A DNA stretch of 64,000 bases. It comes from an uncultured Alphaproteobacteria bacterium. Lineage in GTDB: Bacteria; Pseudomonadota; Alphaproteobacteria; Caulobacterales; Caulobacteraceae. The stretch covers positions 943,578-1,007,577 of the forward strand of contig OY970153.1 of assembly GCA_963706385.1 (NCBI GenBank). The letters run 5' to 3'. Numbering within the stretch: the stretch's first letter is position 1; every line of letters starts with the position of its first letter. This document shows, piece by piece, positions 11,332 to 19,687 of the stretch. The notes beneath the pieces were generated by a model that saw only the letters and a program-made list of their open reading frames with translations, had not been told where the DNA came from and did no database searches. Position numbers and translations under genes: made by a program.

Positions 11332-12630
11332 GTGCAGACCCGGTTTTCCACAGGCCAGCTCGCCGACCCCGCCACCGCCGCCGCCGAGACGGTGATCCGA
11401 ACTTGCGTCCACTGCGGCTTCTGCCTGGCGACCTGCCCGACCTATGCGCTGCGGGGCGACGAGTTGGACAGCCCGCGCGGACGGATCTATCTGATCAAGG
11501 AGATGCTGGAGAACCAGCGCCGGCCGAGCGCCCAGGTGGTCAAGCACGTCGACCGCTGCCTCTCCTGCCTGTCCTGCATGACCACCTGCCCCTCCGGAGT
11601 CGACTACCGCCGCCTGGTCGACCACGCCCGCGCCTATATCGAGGCCAACCACACCCGGCCGCTGGCCGATCGGTTGATCCGTACACTGATCGTATGGGCG
11701 CTGCCTCACCCGATGCGGTTCGGGCTCGCCGCCGCGCTGGGCCGCCTGGCGCGGCCGCTGACGCCCCTGCTGCGCCGCATCCGGCCGCTGAAGCCGCTGG
11801 CCGCCATGCTCGACATGGCCCCGGCCGCCGCCGCGCGGCCAGCCTCCAGCCAGGCCAAGCGCCACCCGGCGAGCGGTCCCAGGCGCGGGCGGGTGATTTT
11901 GTTGAAAGGCTGCGTCGAGGCGCAGATCGCGCCGCAGATCCGCGCCGCCAGCATCCGTCTGCTGAACCGCGCCGGCTTCGACGTCAGCCTGATCGCCGAG
12001 GAAGGCTGCTGCGGCGCCCTGGTCCATCACATGGGCCGCGAAGGCGCCGCCCTGGCCCAGGCCCGGCGCAACGTCATCGCCTGGCGCCCGCTGATCGAGG
12101 CCGGCGAAGTCGACGCCATCGTGGTCACCGCCTCGGGCTGCGGAAGCATGGTCAAGGACTATGGCGCCCTGCTCGCCCACGATCCGGCGCTGGCCGAGCC
12201 GGCCGCGCGCGTGGCGGCGTTGGCCCGCGACATCACCGAGCTGCTGGCCGATGTTTCACCGGTCCCCACCGGCGCGGCCAAGGGCCTGAAGGTCGCCTAC
12301 CAGTCGCCTTGCTCGCTGCAGCACGGCCAGCGCATCAGCCGCCAGCCTCGCGCGCTGCTGGAGGCGGCCGGCTTTCGCGTGTCCGAACCAGCCGGCGCCC
12401 ACCTCTGCTGCGGCTCGGCCGGGGTCTACAACATCCTGCAGCCCGACATCTCGGCCCAACTGCTGGAGCGCAAGGTCGAAAGCCTGGCGGCGCTGGAGAG
12501 CGAGGTGATCGCCACCAGCAACATCGGCTGCCAGACCCAGATCGCCCGCGGCGCGAAGGTCCCGGTGGTGCACATCGCCGAACTGCTGGACTGGGCGAGC
12601 GGGGGACCGAAGCCGGAGGCGATGGGGTAA
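11332..12630 (+). CDS. glcF: Glycolate oxidase iron-sulfur subunit GlcF
   Basis: GTG start directly after the glcE stop. Two 4Fe-4S motifs, CVHCGFCLATCP and CLSCLSCMTTCP, plus CCG-type C-terminal repeats. Track ORF 10939..12630 is over-extended. Confidence 0.88.
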   Translation: MQTRFSTGQLADPATAAAETVIRTCVHCGFCLATCPTYALRGDELDSPRGRIYLIKEMLENQRRPSAQVVKHVDRCLSCLSCMTTCPSGVDYRRLVDHARAYIEANHTRPLADRLIRTLIVWALPHPMRFGLAAALGRLARPLTPLLRRIRPLKPLAAMLDMAPAAAARPASSQAKRHPASGPRRGRVILLKGCVEAQIAPQIRAASIRLLNRAGFDVSLIAEEGCCGALVHHMGREGAALAQARRNVIAWRPLIEAGEVDAIVVTASGCGSMVKDYGALLAHDPALAEPAARVAALARDITELLADVSPVPTGAAKGLKVAYQSPCSLQHGQRISRQPRALLEAAGFRVSEPAGAHLCCGSAGVYNILQPDISAQLLERKVESLAALESEVIATSNIGCQTQIARGAKVPVVHIAELLDWASGGPKPEAMG

Positions 12631-12701
12631 GGCCTGGCCCTACCGCCGCGGATTCCCCTTGCGCCGCAGGGGCCGTCCACACATGTCCCTACCTTCGCAG
12701 A

Positions 12702-13076
12702 GGCGGCAAGGGCGCGAAAGTCGGCACAGCGGAGAAGGATGCGGCGGAAAAGCGCGGACCGGCCGACGCCCCGCCGCGCGCCGGGCCCGGAACGGCCGCC
12801 TCTTCCGGCGCGCTCTGGGGCCAGATCCAGCCCTGCTGGGACCGCCTGCCCCCGGTCGCCACCGTGCCGGTGACGCTGGAGATCGCGCTCGACGCCCGCG
12901 GCATGATCGCCAGTCCGCCGAAGATCGTGCGACACGGCGGGATCCCGGACGAGCGGCGGCTGATCTCGGAAGCGCGGGCGCTGGCGGCGATCACGGCGTG
13001 TGTGCCGTATCAGGCGGCGGCGGGGTCAGGGGCGCGGGGGACGTACAAGGTGGAGTTCGCGGCGCGGGGAAACTAG
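12702..13076 (+). pseudogene. TolA/TonB-like C-terminal domain remnant without an identifiable start codon
   Basis: The in-frame translation is ...KGAKVGTAEKDAAEKRGPADAPPRAGPGTAASSGALWGQIQPCWDRLPPVATVPVTLEIALDARGMIASPPKIVRHGG...ARALAAITACVPYQ. It resembles alphaproteobacterial TolA/TonB C-termini. Between the glcF stop and this domain there is no ATG/GTG/TTG in frame, no TM segment and no signal peptide. Confidence 0.35.
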
Positions 13077-13104
13077 GGACACGCACCACATCAAGCCCTC
13101 CTCG
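13076..13104. repeat. Left imperfect inverted repeat flanking the RAYT gene
   Basis: GGGACACGCACCACATCAAGCCCTCCTCG compared with the reverse complement of 13921-13948 (GGGACACACAATACTTTCAAACCCCTCG). The shared pattern is GGGACAC..CA..AC.T..CAA.CCC.CTCG. Confidence 0.45.
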
Positions 13105-13209
13105 CGCCCGCTCCGCCGCGACTCGCCCGAAGGAAGGCCGCCCGACGCCCGTTGACCGTTCTGAACAAATAGGGAACATTGGCCGCCCCTTCACGCGCGG
13201 GAGCCGATC

Positions 13210-13902
13210 ATGGCAAGAATGTCGCGGGTCGTCATCCCTGGCGCGCCGCATCACGTGACCCAGAGGGGCAACCGGCGGCAGAAGACCTTCTTCCGCGAGG
13301 CCGACTACCTGTCCTATCTGCATCTGGCCGCCGAAGCCTGCAAAGCGGCCGAGGTCGAGATATGGGCCTACTGCCTGATGCCCAATCATGTTCACCTTAT
13401 CGCGGCGCCCGCGCGGGCCGACGCCCTGGCCCAGGCGGTGGGCGCGACCCATCTGCGCTACACCCGCCAGATCAACCGGCGCGAGCGCTGGAGCGGCTAT
13501 CTTTGGCAGGGACGATTCGCCTCCTTCGCCATGGACGAGGACTATCTGATCGCCTGCGCGCGTTATGTGGGCCTCAACCCGGTGCGCGCCGGACTGACAG
13601 CTCGGGCGATCGACTGGCCCTGGTCCAGCGTGCGCGCGCATGTCGAGGGGCGCGCCGATCCGCTACTGACGCCGGGACCGCTGGCCGCGCGGCTGGGTGA
13701 GCGCCTGCCGGGTTTCTTCGAGACGGATGTGCAAGAGGAAGGTCGCGAGGCCATCCGCCGCGCCTCATCCACCGGCCGTCCCCTGGGCGCCGCGGCCTGG
13801 ATCAAGGCCCTGGAAGCCTCGACCGGGCGGGCGCTGGCGGCTCCGCCCATGGGCCGGCCCGCGCGGAGGTCAAGCGATCCCGGCGCCGGGATCGGGGCCT
13901 GA
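13210..13902 (+). CDS. REP-associated tyrosine transposase (RAYT; IS200/IS605-like Y1 HUH transposase family)
   Basis: MARMSRVVIPGAPHHVTQRGNRRQKTFF...WAYCLMPNHVHLIA (HUH = HVH)...GYLWQGRFAS...ARYVGLNPVRAGL...WPWSS. These are characteristic RAYT/TnpA_REP motifs. Confidence 0.85.
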   Translation: MARMSRVVIPGAPHHVTQRGNRRQKTFFREADYLSYLHLAAEACKAAEVEIWAYCLMPNHVHLIAAPARADALAQAVGATHLRYTRQINRRERWSGYLWQGRFASFAMDEDYLIACARYVGLNPVRAGLTARAIDWPWSSVRAHVEGRADPLLTPGPLAARLGERLPGFFETDVQEEGREAIRRASSTGRPLGAAAWIKALEASTGRALAAPPMGRPARRSSDPGAGIGA

Positions 13903-13920
13903 GCGCGTGTCGCAGGGTTC

Positions 13921-13948
13921 GAGGGGTTTGAAAGTATTGTGTGTCCCC
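13921..13948. repeat. Right imperfect inverted repeat flanking the RAYT gene
   Basis: CGAGGGGTTTGAAAGTATTGTGTGTCCC is the inverted partner of 13076-13104. Confidence 0.45.
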
Positions 13949-13963
13949 ACTTTTCGCGCGCCC

Positions 13964-14212
13964 CTACCCGCCCCCGATCTTGGGGATCAGATAAACCTCG
14001 CTGTCCGCCCGCAGTTCCGCGCCATAGGCGTCCTGGTGGATCTCGCCGTCGATGGCGATGGCCATGCGGCGCTCCACATAGTCGCCCAGGCCCGGGAACC
14101 GCTGGTCCAGCTCCAGGATCAGCCGCCGCACGGTGGTGGCTTCGACGTCGAATTCCGCCGCCCCGCCGGTGAACTCGCGGCCGTTCGAGCCGGCGATCAC
14201 CACATGCGCCAC
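13964..14212 (-). CDS. MoaD/ThiS-family ubiquitin-like small protein (C-terminal GGG)
   Basis: 82 aa ending ...VYLIPKIGGG, with size and pattern of sulfur-carrier beta-grasp proteins. It lies 7 nt downstream of the Mo-subunit gene on the same strand. Confidence 0.7.
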   Translation of the reverse strand: MAHVVIAGSNGREFTGGAAEFDVEATTVRRLILELDQRFPGLGDYVERRMAIAIDGEIHQDAYGAELRADSEVYLIPKIGGG

Positions 14213-14219
14213 GACTGGG

Positions 14220-16490
14220 TCAGCCCTTGGCGTCGATCACGGCGCGTATCTTCGGCGGCGACAGCGGCAGGTCATGCATCCGCACGCCCAGGGCGCCGCG
14301 CACGGCGTTGGCCACGGCGGCGAGCGGCGGCACGATCGGCACCTCGCCCACGCCCTTGGCCCCGAACGGGTGACGCGGATTGGGCACCTCGACCAGGACG
14401 GTGTCGATCATCGGCAGGTCCGAGGCCACCGGCACGCGGTAGTCGAGGAAGCCGGGATTCTCCATCGTCCCCTGGCGGTCGAAGATGTATTCCTCGTTCA
14501 GCGCCCAGCCGACGCCCTGGGCGACGCCGCCCTGGATCTGGCCCTCGACATAGGCGGGGTGGATCGCCTTGCCGACGTCCTGGGCCGCGGTGTAGCGCAC
14601 GACGGTGACATGGCCGGTCTCGCGGTCGATCTCGACGTCGCAGATGTGCGCGCCGAAGCCGGGGCCGGCGCCCTGGGCGTTGAGCGAGACCTCGGCGCCG
14701 ATCGGCCCGCCGGTGCGGCCGGCGTGTTCGGCGATCGCGGCCAGCGACAACGGCGGGACCGACTTGCTGGCGTCCAGGCAGACGGCCGCGCCGCCTTCCC
14801 AGGCGACCTTCTCCGCCGGAACATCCCAGGTCATCGCCGCGCGGCGCTTGAGGTCCTCGACCACCTTCTCGGCGGCCTGGATCACGGCCATGCCGGTGGC
14901 GAAGGTCGTGCGGCTGCCGCCGGTCAGCATGGAATAGCCGATCGAGGCGGTGTCGCCGACGATCGGGCGGACCTTCTCGACCGGCAGGCCCAGCACCTCG
15001 GCCGCCATCATCGCCATCGAGGCGCGCGAGCCGCCGATGTCGGGATTGCCGGAGACCACCACCGCCGTGCCGTCCTCGTTGATGTGGACCGCGCCGGAGG
15101 ATTCGCCGCCGATGTTGAACCAGAAGCCGACCGCGACGCCCCGGCCCTGGTTCGGACCCAGCGGCGCCGAATAATGGGGATGGTTCTTGATCGCCGCCAG
15201 CGTCTCCAGATAGCCGATGTTCTGGTAGGTCGGGCCGTAGACCGCCTTGGCGCCGCTGACGACGCCATTCTTCTCGCGAAGCGCGATCGGGTCCATGCCC
15301 AGCTCGCGGGCCAGCTCGTCGATCGCGCTTTCGACTCCAAAGGCCGAGATCGGCGCGCCCGGCGCGCGGTAGGCCGCCACCTTGGGCGTGTTGGTCACCA
15401 CGTCATAGCCGGTGATGGCGCAGTTGGGGATGTCGTAGCAGGCGAGCGCGGTCATCGCGCCGGGGCCGGCCGGCGAGCCGGGAAAGCCGCCGGCCTGGTA
15501 CTTCAGCACCACCTCGGCGGCGGTGATGGTCCCGTCGCGCTTGGCGCCCAGCTTGACCTCGATCACCGCGCCCGAGGTCGGGCCGGTGGCGCGGAACACC
15601 TCGTCGCGGGTCATCACCATCTTCACCGGGTGGCCGGACTGGCGCGACAGCGTCAGCGCCAGGGGTTCGAGATAGACCGTGGTCTTGCCGCCGAAGCCGC
15701 CGCCGATCTCGGCCGGGGTGACCCGGACGTTGGCGATGTCCAGCGCCAGGAGCTTGGCGCAATAGGTGCGGATCATGAACTGGCCCTGGCTGGAGCTCCA
15801 GACCTGGCACTGGCCGTCCTGCGAGACCTGGACGACGCAGGCATGCGGCTCGATATAGCCCTGGTGCACCGCCTGGGTGGTGTAGCGGCCCTCGACCACC
15901 ACGTCGGCGTCGGCGAAGCCCTTGGCCACGTCCCCGCGCCCCAGCTTGACGACCGAGGCGATGTTGGACGGCTTGGCCGGTTTGGGGTCCATGCCCGCGG
16001 TGAAGATGTGGGCGTGCAGCAGCGGCGCGTCGGGGGCCATGGCCGCCTCGACGTCGATCACGTGCGGCAGCACCTCGTAAACCACCTCGATCAGGTCCAG
16101 CGCCTCGTCGGCGATCGCGGCCGAGGTCGCGGCCACGGCGGCCACGGCGTGGCCCTCGTACAGCACCTTATTGCGGGCCATCACGTTCTGCGACAGGTCG
16201 CGCAGATCGCCCGCACTCTCGCCGGCCTCGAATTCCTGGGAGGCCAGGTCGGGCAGGTCGGCGGCGGTGATCACCGCCTTGACCCCCGGCAGGGCGCGAG
16301 CCTTGCGTGTGTCGATCGAGACGATCTTGGCGTGGGCGTGCGGGCTGCGCTTGATCTTGCCCACCAGCATGCCGGGCAGGGCCAGGTCCGCGCCGAACTG
16401 CGCGCGGCCGGTGACCTTGTCCACGCCGTCGGGGCGGATCGGCCGGGTGCCGACGACCTTCAGCGGCCGCTTGTCCATCACGTCGGTCAT
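14220..16490 (-). CDS. Xanthine dehydrogenase-family molybdopterin-binding large subunit (CoxL/aldehyde oxidoreductase-like)
   Basis: 756 aa. [36 protein letters not shown] is a typical N-terminus, and the Ald_Xan_dh_C/C2-type sequence runs throughout. Confidence 0.88.
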   Translation of the reverse strand: MTDVMDKRPLKVVGTRPIRPDGVDKVTGRAQFGADLALPGMLVGKIKRSPHAHAKIVSIDTRKARALPGVKAVITAADLPDLASQEFEAGESAGDLRDLSQNVMARNKVLYEGHAVAAVAATSAAIADEALDLIEVVYEVLPHVIDVEAAMAPDAPLLHAHIFTAGMDPKPAKPSNIASVVKLGRGDVAKGFADADVVVEGRYTTQAVHQGYIEPHACVVQVSQDGQCQVWSSSQGQFMIRTYCAKLLALDIANVRVTPAEIGGGFGGKTTVYLEPLALTLSRQSGHPVKMVMTRDEVFRATGPTSGAVIEVKLGAKRDGTITAAEVVLKYQAGGFPGSPAGPGAMTALACYDIPNCAITGYDVVTNTPKVAAYRAPGAPISAFGVESAIDELARELGMDPIALREKNGVVSGAKAVYGPTYQNIGYLETLAAIKNHPHYSAPLGPNQGRGVAVGFWFNIGGESSGAVHINEDGTAVVVSGNPDIGGSRASMAMMAAEVLGLPVEKVRPIVGDTASIGYSMLTGGSRTTFATGMAVIQAAEKVVEDLKRRAAMTWDVPAEKVAWEGGAAVCLDASKSVPPLSLAAIAEHAGRTGGPIGAEVSLNAQGAGPGFGAHICDVEIDRETGHVTVVRYTAAQDVGKAIHPAYVEGQIQGGVAQGVGWALNEEYIFDRQGTMENPGFLDYRVPVASDLPMIDTVLVEVPNPRHPFGAKGVGEVPIVPPLAAVANAVRGALGVRMHDLPLSPPKIRAVIDAKG

Positions 16491-16975
16491 TATGCCCTCC
16501 GGACTTGTCTGAGTTCGGCGGCGGCGTCCATCACCGCCCGCACCACCTTGTCATAGCCGGTGCACCGGCAGAGGTTGCCCGCCAGCCAGTAGCGGACCTC
16601 GGTCTCGCTCGGGTCGGGGTTTTCGTCGAGCAGGGCCTTGGCCGCGACCAAGAGGCCGGGCGTGCAGAAGCCGCACTGCAGGGCCGCGTGCTCGAGGAAC
16701 TTCTGCTGCAGCGGATGCAGCGTCCCGCCCCGGGCCATGCCCTCGATGGTCTCGATCCGCCGGCCCTCGGCCTCGGGGGCCAGCATCAGGCAGGCGCAGA
16801 CCAGCCGCCCGTCGACGATGATGCTGCAGGCGCCGCAGTCACCGGAGCCGCAGCCCTCCTTGGCCCCGGTCAGGCCCAGATCGTCGCGCAGCGCGTCCAG
16901 CAGGCTCGCGCCGGGCTCGGCCAGAAACTCGGCCGGGTCGCCGTTGACGGTGGTGGTGATGTGCCGCTTGCTCAT
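16490..16975 (-). CDS. (2Fe-2S)-binding small subunit (CoxS-like)
   Basis: [14 protein letters not shown]...[16 protein letters not shown]...CGFCTPG...CRCTGY. 161 aa. Track ORF 16490..17503 is an upstream extension into the FAD-subunit gene. The stop overlaps the large-subunit start. Confidence 0.9.
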   Translation of the reverse strand: MSKRHITTTVNGDPAEFLAEPGASLLDALRDDLGLTGAKEGCGSGDCGACSIIVDGRLVCACLMLAPEAEGRRIETIEGMARGGTLHPLQQKFLEHAALQCGFCTPGLLVAAKALLDENPDPSETEVRYWLAGNLCRCTGYDKVVRAVMDAAAELRQVRRA

Positions 16976-17844
16976 GCGCGCCCTTCCGCCCGCTGGTATG
17001 CGATCGTGGCCGCGCGCCGGGCGAGCACGCCCGCGATCTTGATCCGGTAGTCGACGGTGCCGCGCTTGTCGCTGATCGGCTTGGCGGCCGCTCGGGCCGC
17101 CGCGTCCAGCGCCGCCAGCGCCGGCTCGTCCAGCTTGGTTCCGACGATGGCCGCGCCGGCCTCGGCAACCAGCAGCGCCGTCGGCGCCACCGCGCCCAGC
17201 GCCACCCGCGCGGCGGTGATCACGCCGACCGCGTCCAGCGTCAGGCTGACGCCCGCACCCACGACGGCGATGTCCATCTCGGTGCGCGGGATCGAGCGCA
17301 GATAGGCGTCGCCCGAGCGCGCCGGCCGGGCCGGCAGCTTGATCTCGAGCACGAACTCGTCGGCGGCCAGCGAGGTGCGGCCGGGGGCCGTGGCGACCTG
17401 TTCGACTGGAATCTCGCGCTTGCCCTTCGGGCCGACGATGACGCAGGTCGCGCCCGCGGCGATCATCGCCGGAACGCTGTCGGCGGCCGGCGAGGCGTTG
17501 CACAGATTTCCGGCCAGCGAGGCGCGCCCCTGCACCTGAGTCGAGCCGATCAGGTTCACCGCCTCCACCACGCCCGGCCAGGCATGGGCGAGGGCCGCGT
17601 GCTCGCCGATCTCGGCGCCCGGGGTCGCCGCCCCGATGACGAAGCCGCCGGCCTCGCCACGGATGCCGATGGCGCCGGCAATGCGCTTGAGGTCGACGAT
17701 GAGGCTCGGCTTGACGCGGCCGGCGCGAAGCTGAACCAGAAGGTCGGTCCCCCCGCTCAGCACCTTGGCCGAGCCGCCGCCCGCGGCCAGGGCGCGCACC
17801 GCTTCATCGACCGTCGATGGCGAAAGATAATCGAGCTGAGACAA
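16972..17844 (-). CDS. FAD-binding subunit M of the xanthine dehydrogenase family (CoxM-like)
   Basis: 290 aa. MSQLDYLSPSTVDEAVRALAAGGGSAKVLSGGTDLLVQL is the typical FAD_binding_5 N-terminus. ATGA overlap with the 2Fe-2S subunit gene. Confidence 0.88.
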   Translation of the reverse strand: MSQLDYLSPSTVDEAVRALAAGGGSAKVLSGGTDLLVQLRAGRVKPSLIVDLKRIAGAIGIRGEAGGFVIGAATPGAEIGEHAALAHAWPGVVEAVNLIGSTQVQGRASLAGNLCNASPAADSVPAMIAAGATCVIVGPKGKREIPVEQVATAPGRTSLAADEFVLEIKLPARPARSGDAYLRSIPRTEMDIAVVGAGVSLTLDAVGVITAARVALGAVAPTALLVAEAGAAIVGTKLDEPALAALDAAARAAAKPISDKRGTVDYRIKIAGVLARRAATIAYQRAEGRA

Positions 17845-18102
17845 GCGTCCTCCTCTTCGTCGGGCGGCGGCGGGACCCCATTGCGCGGCGCGGGCCGCGC
17901 CGACGTACGGCCCTCATCAAAACGCGCCCGCCTGGAACAGCCGGGCCGCGCAGCCAACCTTCCCCCTAACGATGGGCGGGCGGCCGCACGGGGTCAAGGC
18001 TTCAACGCCCGGAAACCCGCCCGCGCGGGCGTTATCGCGCGCCCTCTGGCCGCGCGGCGCGACTCGCGTCCCTGTTTGCGCCGAGTGTCCTCTGGCGCCC
18101 CG

Positions 18103-19515
18103 ATGACCGATGCCGCCCTGCTCGCCGAGATCGAAGCCCGCCTGACCGGCGAGCCCGACGATGTCGATCTGCGCTACCTGCGCGCCGGCCTGTTGGCGCG
18201 GCTGGGCCGCGGCGAGGCGGCCAGGGACGCCTATCTGGCGGTGCTGGCGCTGGCCCCGACCCATTTCGGCGCGCTCAACGATCTGGGGACCCTGCTGCAC
18301 AATTCCGATTTCCGCGCCGCCGCGCGGCTGGCCTACGCCGAGGCGGTCAAGCATCACCCGGACAACCCGATCGGCCGGATCAACCTGGCCAACGCCCTCC
18401 TGGCCGAAGGCCAGACCGACGCGGCCCGCCTTCATTACCAAGCCGCCCTGGCGCTGGCGCCGGAGCATCCGGACGCGCACCAGGGCATGGCCAACCTGCT
18501 GCAGGATCTGGGCGAGACGGGCGCCGCCGAGGCGCATCGTCAGCAAAGCTATCGGGCGCGGGCGATCACCACCCTGCCCTACCGCGGCGCGGGAGCGGGC
18601 GTGCCGGTGCTGCTGCTGGTCTCCGCCGCCGGAGGCAACGTGCCGACGCGGTTCCTGCTGGACGAAACGGTGTTCGCCACCTCGGTCCTGGTGGCGGAGG
18701 CTCACACGGCGCAAACGGTCTTGCCGCCGCATGAACTGGTGTTCAACGCCATCGGCGACGCCGACCTGTGCGCCGCGGGCCTGGACGCCGCCGAGGCGGT
18801 GCTGGCGCGCACCGGCGCGCCGGTGATCAACCCGCCGGAGCGAATCCGCCGCACCGGACGCGCCCGGATCGCCCGCGACCTGGCCGGCCTGGAGGGCGTG
18901 AGGGCGCCGAGGATCGAGACGGCGCCGCGCGAGGCGGTGGCGTCCGCCGCCGAGGCCCTGGGCTATCCGCTGCTGCTGCGCAGCCCCGGCCATCACACCG
19001 GACGCCATTTCCTCAAAGTGGACCGGCCGGGTGATCTGGCGCGGAGCCTGGCGGCCCTGCCGGGCGCCGAGCTGCTGGCGATCGAATGGCTCGACGCGCG
19101 CGGCGCGGACGGGCTTTCGCGCAAGTACCGGGCGATGATGATCGGCGAGGCGCTCTATCCTCTGCATCTGGCGCTCTCGCGCGAGTGGAAGGTGCACTAT
19201 TTCACCGCCGACATGGCCGAGCATCCCGAGCATCGCGCCGAGGAGGCCGCGTTCCTGGCCGACATGCCCGGGGTGCTGGGGCCGCGCGCCATGGTCGGTC
19301 TCGCCGCGATCCGCGCGCGCCTGGGCCTGGATTATGGCGGGATCGACTTCGGCCTCGGACCCGGCGGCGAGGTGCTGCTGTTCGAGGCCAACGCCACCAT
19401 GGTGGTCAACCCGCCCGACGGCGATCCGCGCTGGGACCACCGGCGCGAGCCGGTCCAGACCATCCTGGACGCCGCCCGCGCGATGCTGATCGCGCGGGCG
19501 AGGACGGAGCCATGA
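18103..19515 (+). CDS. TPR-repeat protein fused to an ATP-grasp (RimK-like) C-terminal domain
   Basis: Start MTDAALLAEIEARL (the track ORF is over-extended from 17584). Residues about 20-150 are TPR-like (AYLAVLALAPTHFGALNDLG..., HYQAALALAPEHPDAHQGMANLL). The C-terminus (GYPLLLRSPGHHTGRHFLKV...YGGIDFGLGPGGEVLLFEANATM) looks like an ATP-grasp fold. Confidence 0.6.
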   Translation: MTDAALLAEIEARLTGEPDDVDLRYLRAGLLARLGRGEAARDAYLAVLALAPTHFGALNDLGTLLHNSDFRAAARLAYAEAVKHHPDNPIGRINLANALLAEGQTDAARLHYQAALALAPEHPDAHQGMANLLQDLGETGAAEAHRQQSYRARAITTLPYRGAGAGVPVLLLVSAAGGNVPTRFLLDETVFATSVLVAEAHTAQTVLPPHELVFNAIGDADLCAAGLDAAEAVLARTGAPVINPPERIRRTGRARIARDLAGLEGVRAPRIETAPREAVASAAEALGYPLLLRSPGHHTGRHFLKVDRPGDLARSLAALPGAELLAIEWLDARGADGLSRKYRAMMIGEALYPLHLALSREWKVHYFTADMAEHPEHRAEEAAFLADMPGVLGPRAMVGLAAIRARLGLDYGGIDFGLGPGGEVLLFEANATMVVNPPDGDPRWDHRREPVQTILDAARAMLIARARTEP

Positions 19516-19540
19516 TCGAACCCCCTTGGCTGGGCCGTAT

Positions 19541-19582
19541 ATAAAAATTTTCTAAATTAGCATAATATGATATATTGGGACC
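19541..19582. promoter_or_regulatory. AT-rich segment upstream of the TauE/SafE gene; candidate promoter/operator
   Basis: tatataaaaattttctaaattagcataatatgatatattggg is extremely AT-rich for this genome, with TATAT/ATATA symmetric ends. Confidence 0.3.
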
Positions 19583-19684
19583 ATGGATCTCGCGACCTTC
19601 GACATCACTCGGCTCGAAGCCAGCGCCGCGGCGGCGGCCCGCACGATCGCGCTCATGCCCTGGAACCGAACGCTAAAGGCCTAA
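19583..19684 (+). pseudogene. 33-codon ORF resembling the N-terminus of an ArsR/SmtB (BigR-like) regulator; probable remnant
   Basis: MDLATFDITRLEASAAAAARTIALMPWNRTLKA*. The LEASAAAAARTIALM segment resembles the LE.NA..AA.LLKAM helix that precedes the wHTH of ArsR-family proteins. The ORF ends 3 nt before the TauE GTG start. Confidence 0.25.
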
Positions 19685-19687
19685 GCC

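Noticed and set aside
16976-17503. N-terminal extension making the 2Fe-2S subunit 337 aa. The extensions of glcE (from 9644), purC, purB, purQ, NMO, TrmJ-like and the DAO-like gene are similar.
   Set aside because: The extensions overlap the upstream genes in another frame and are compositionally aberrant. Internal starts give canonical protein lengths and N-termini.
19541-19582. The AT-rich island, considered as an IS end, an origin or an integration site.
   Set aside because: No matching inverted or direct repeat was found elsewhere in the window and there is no adjacent mobility gene. A promoter/operator is the conservative reading.
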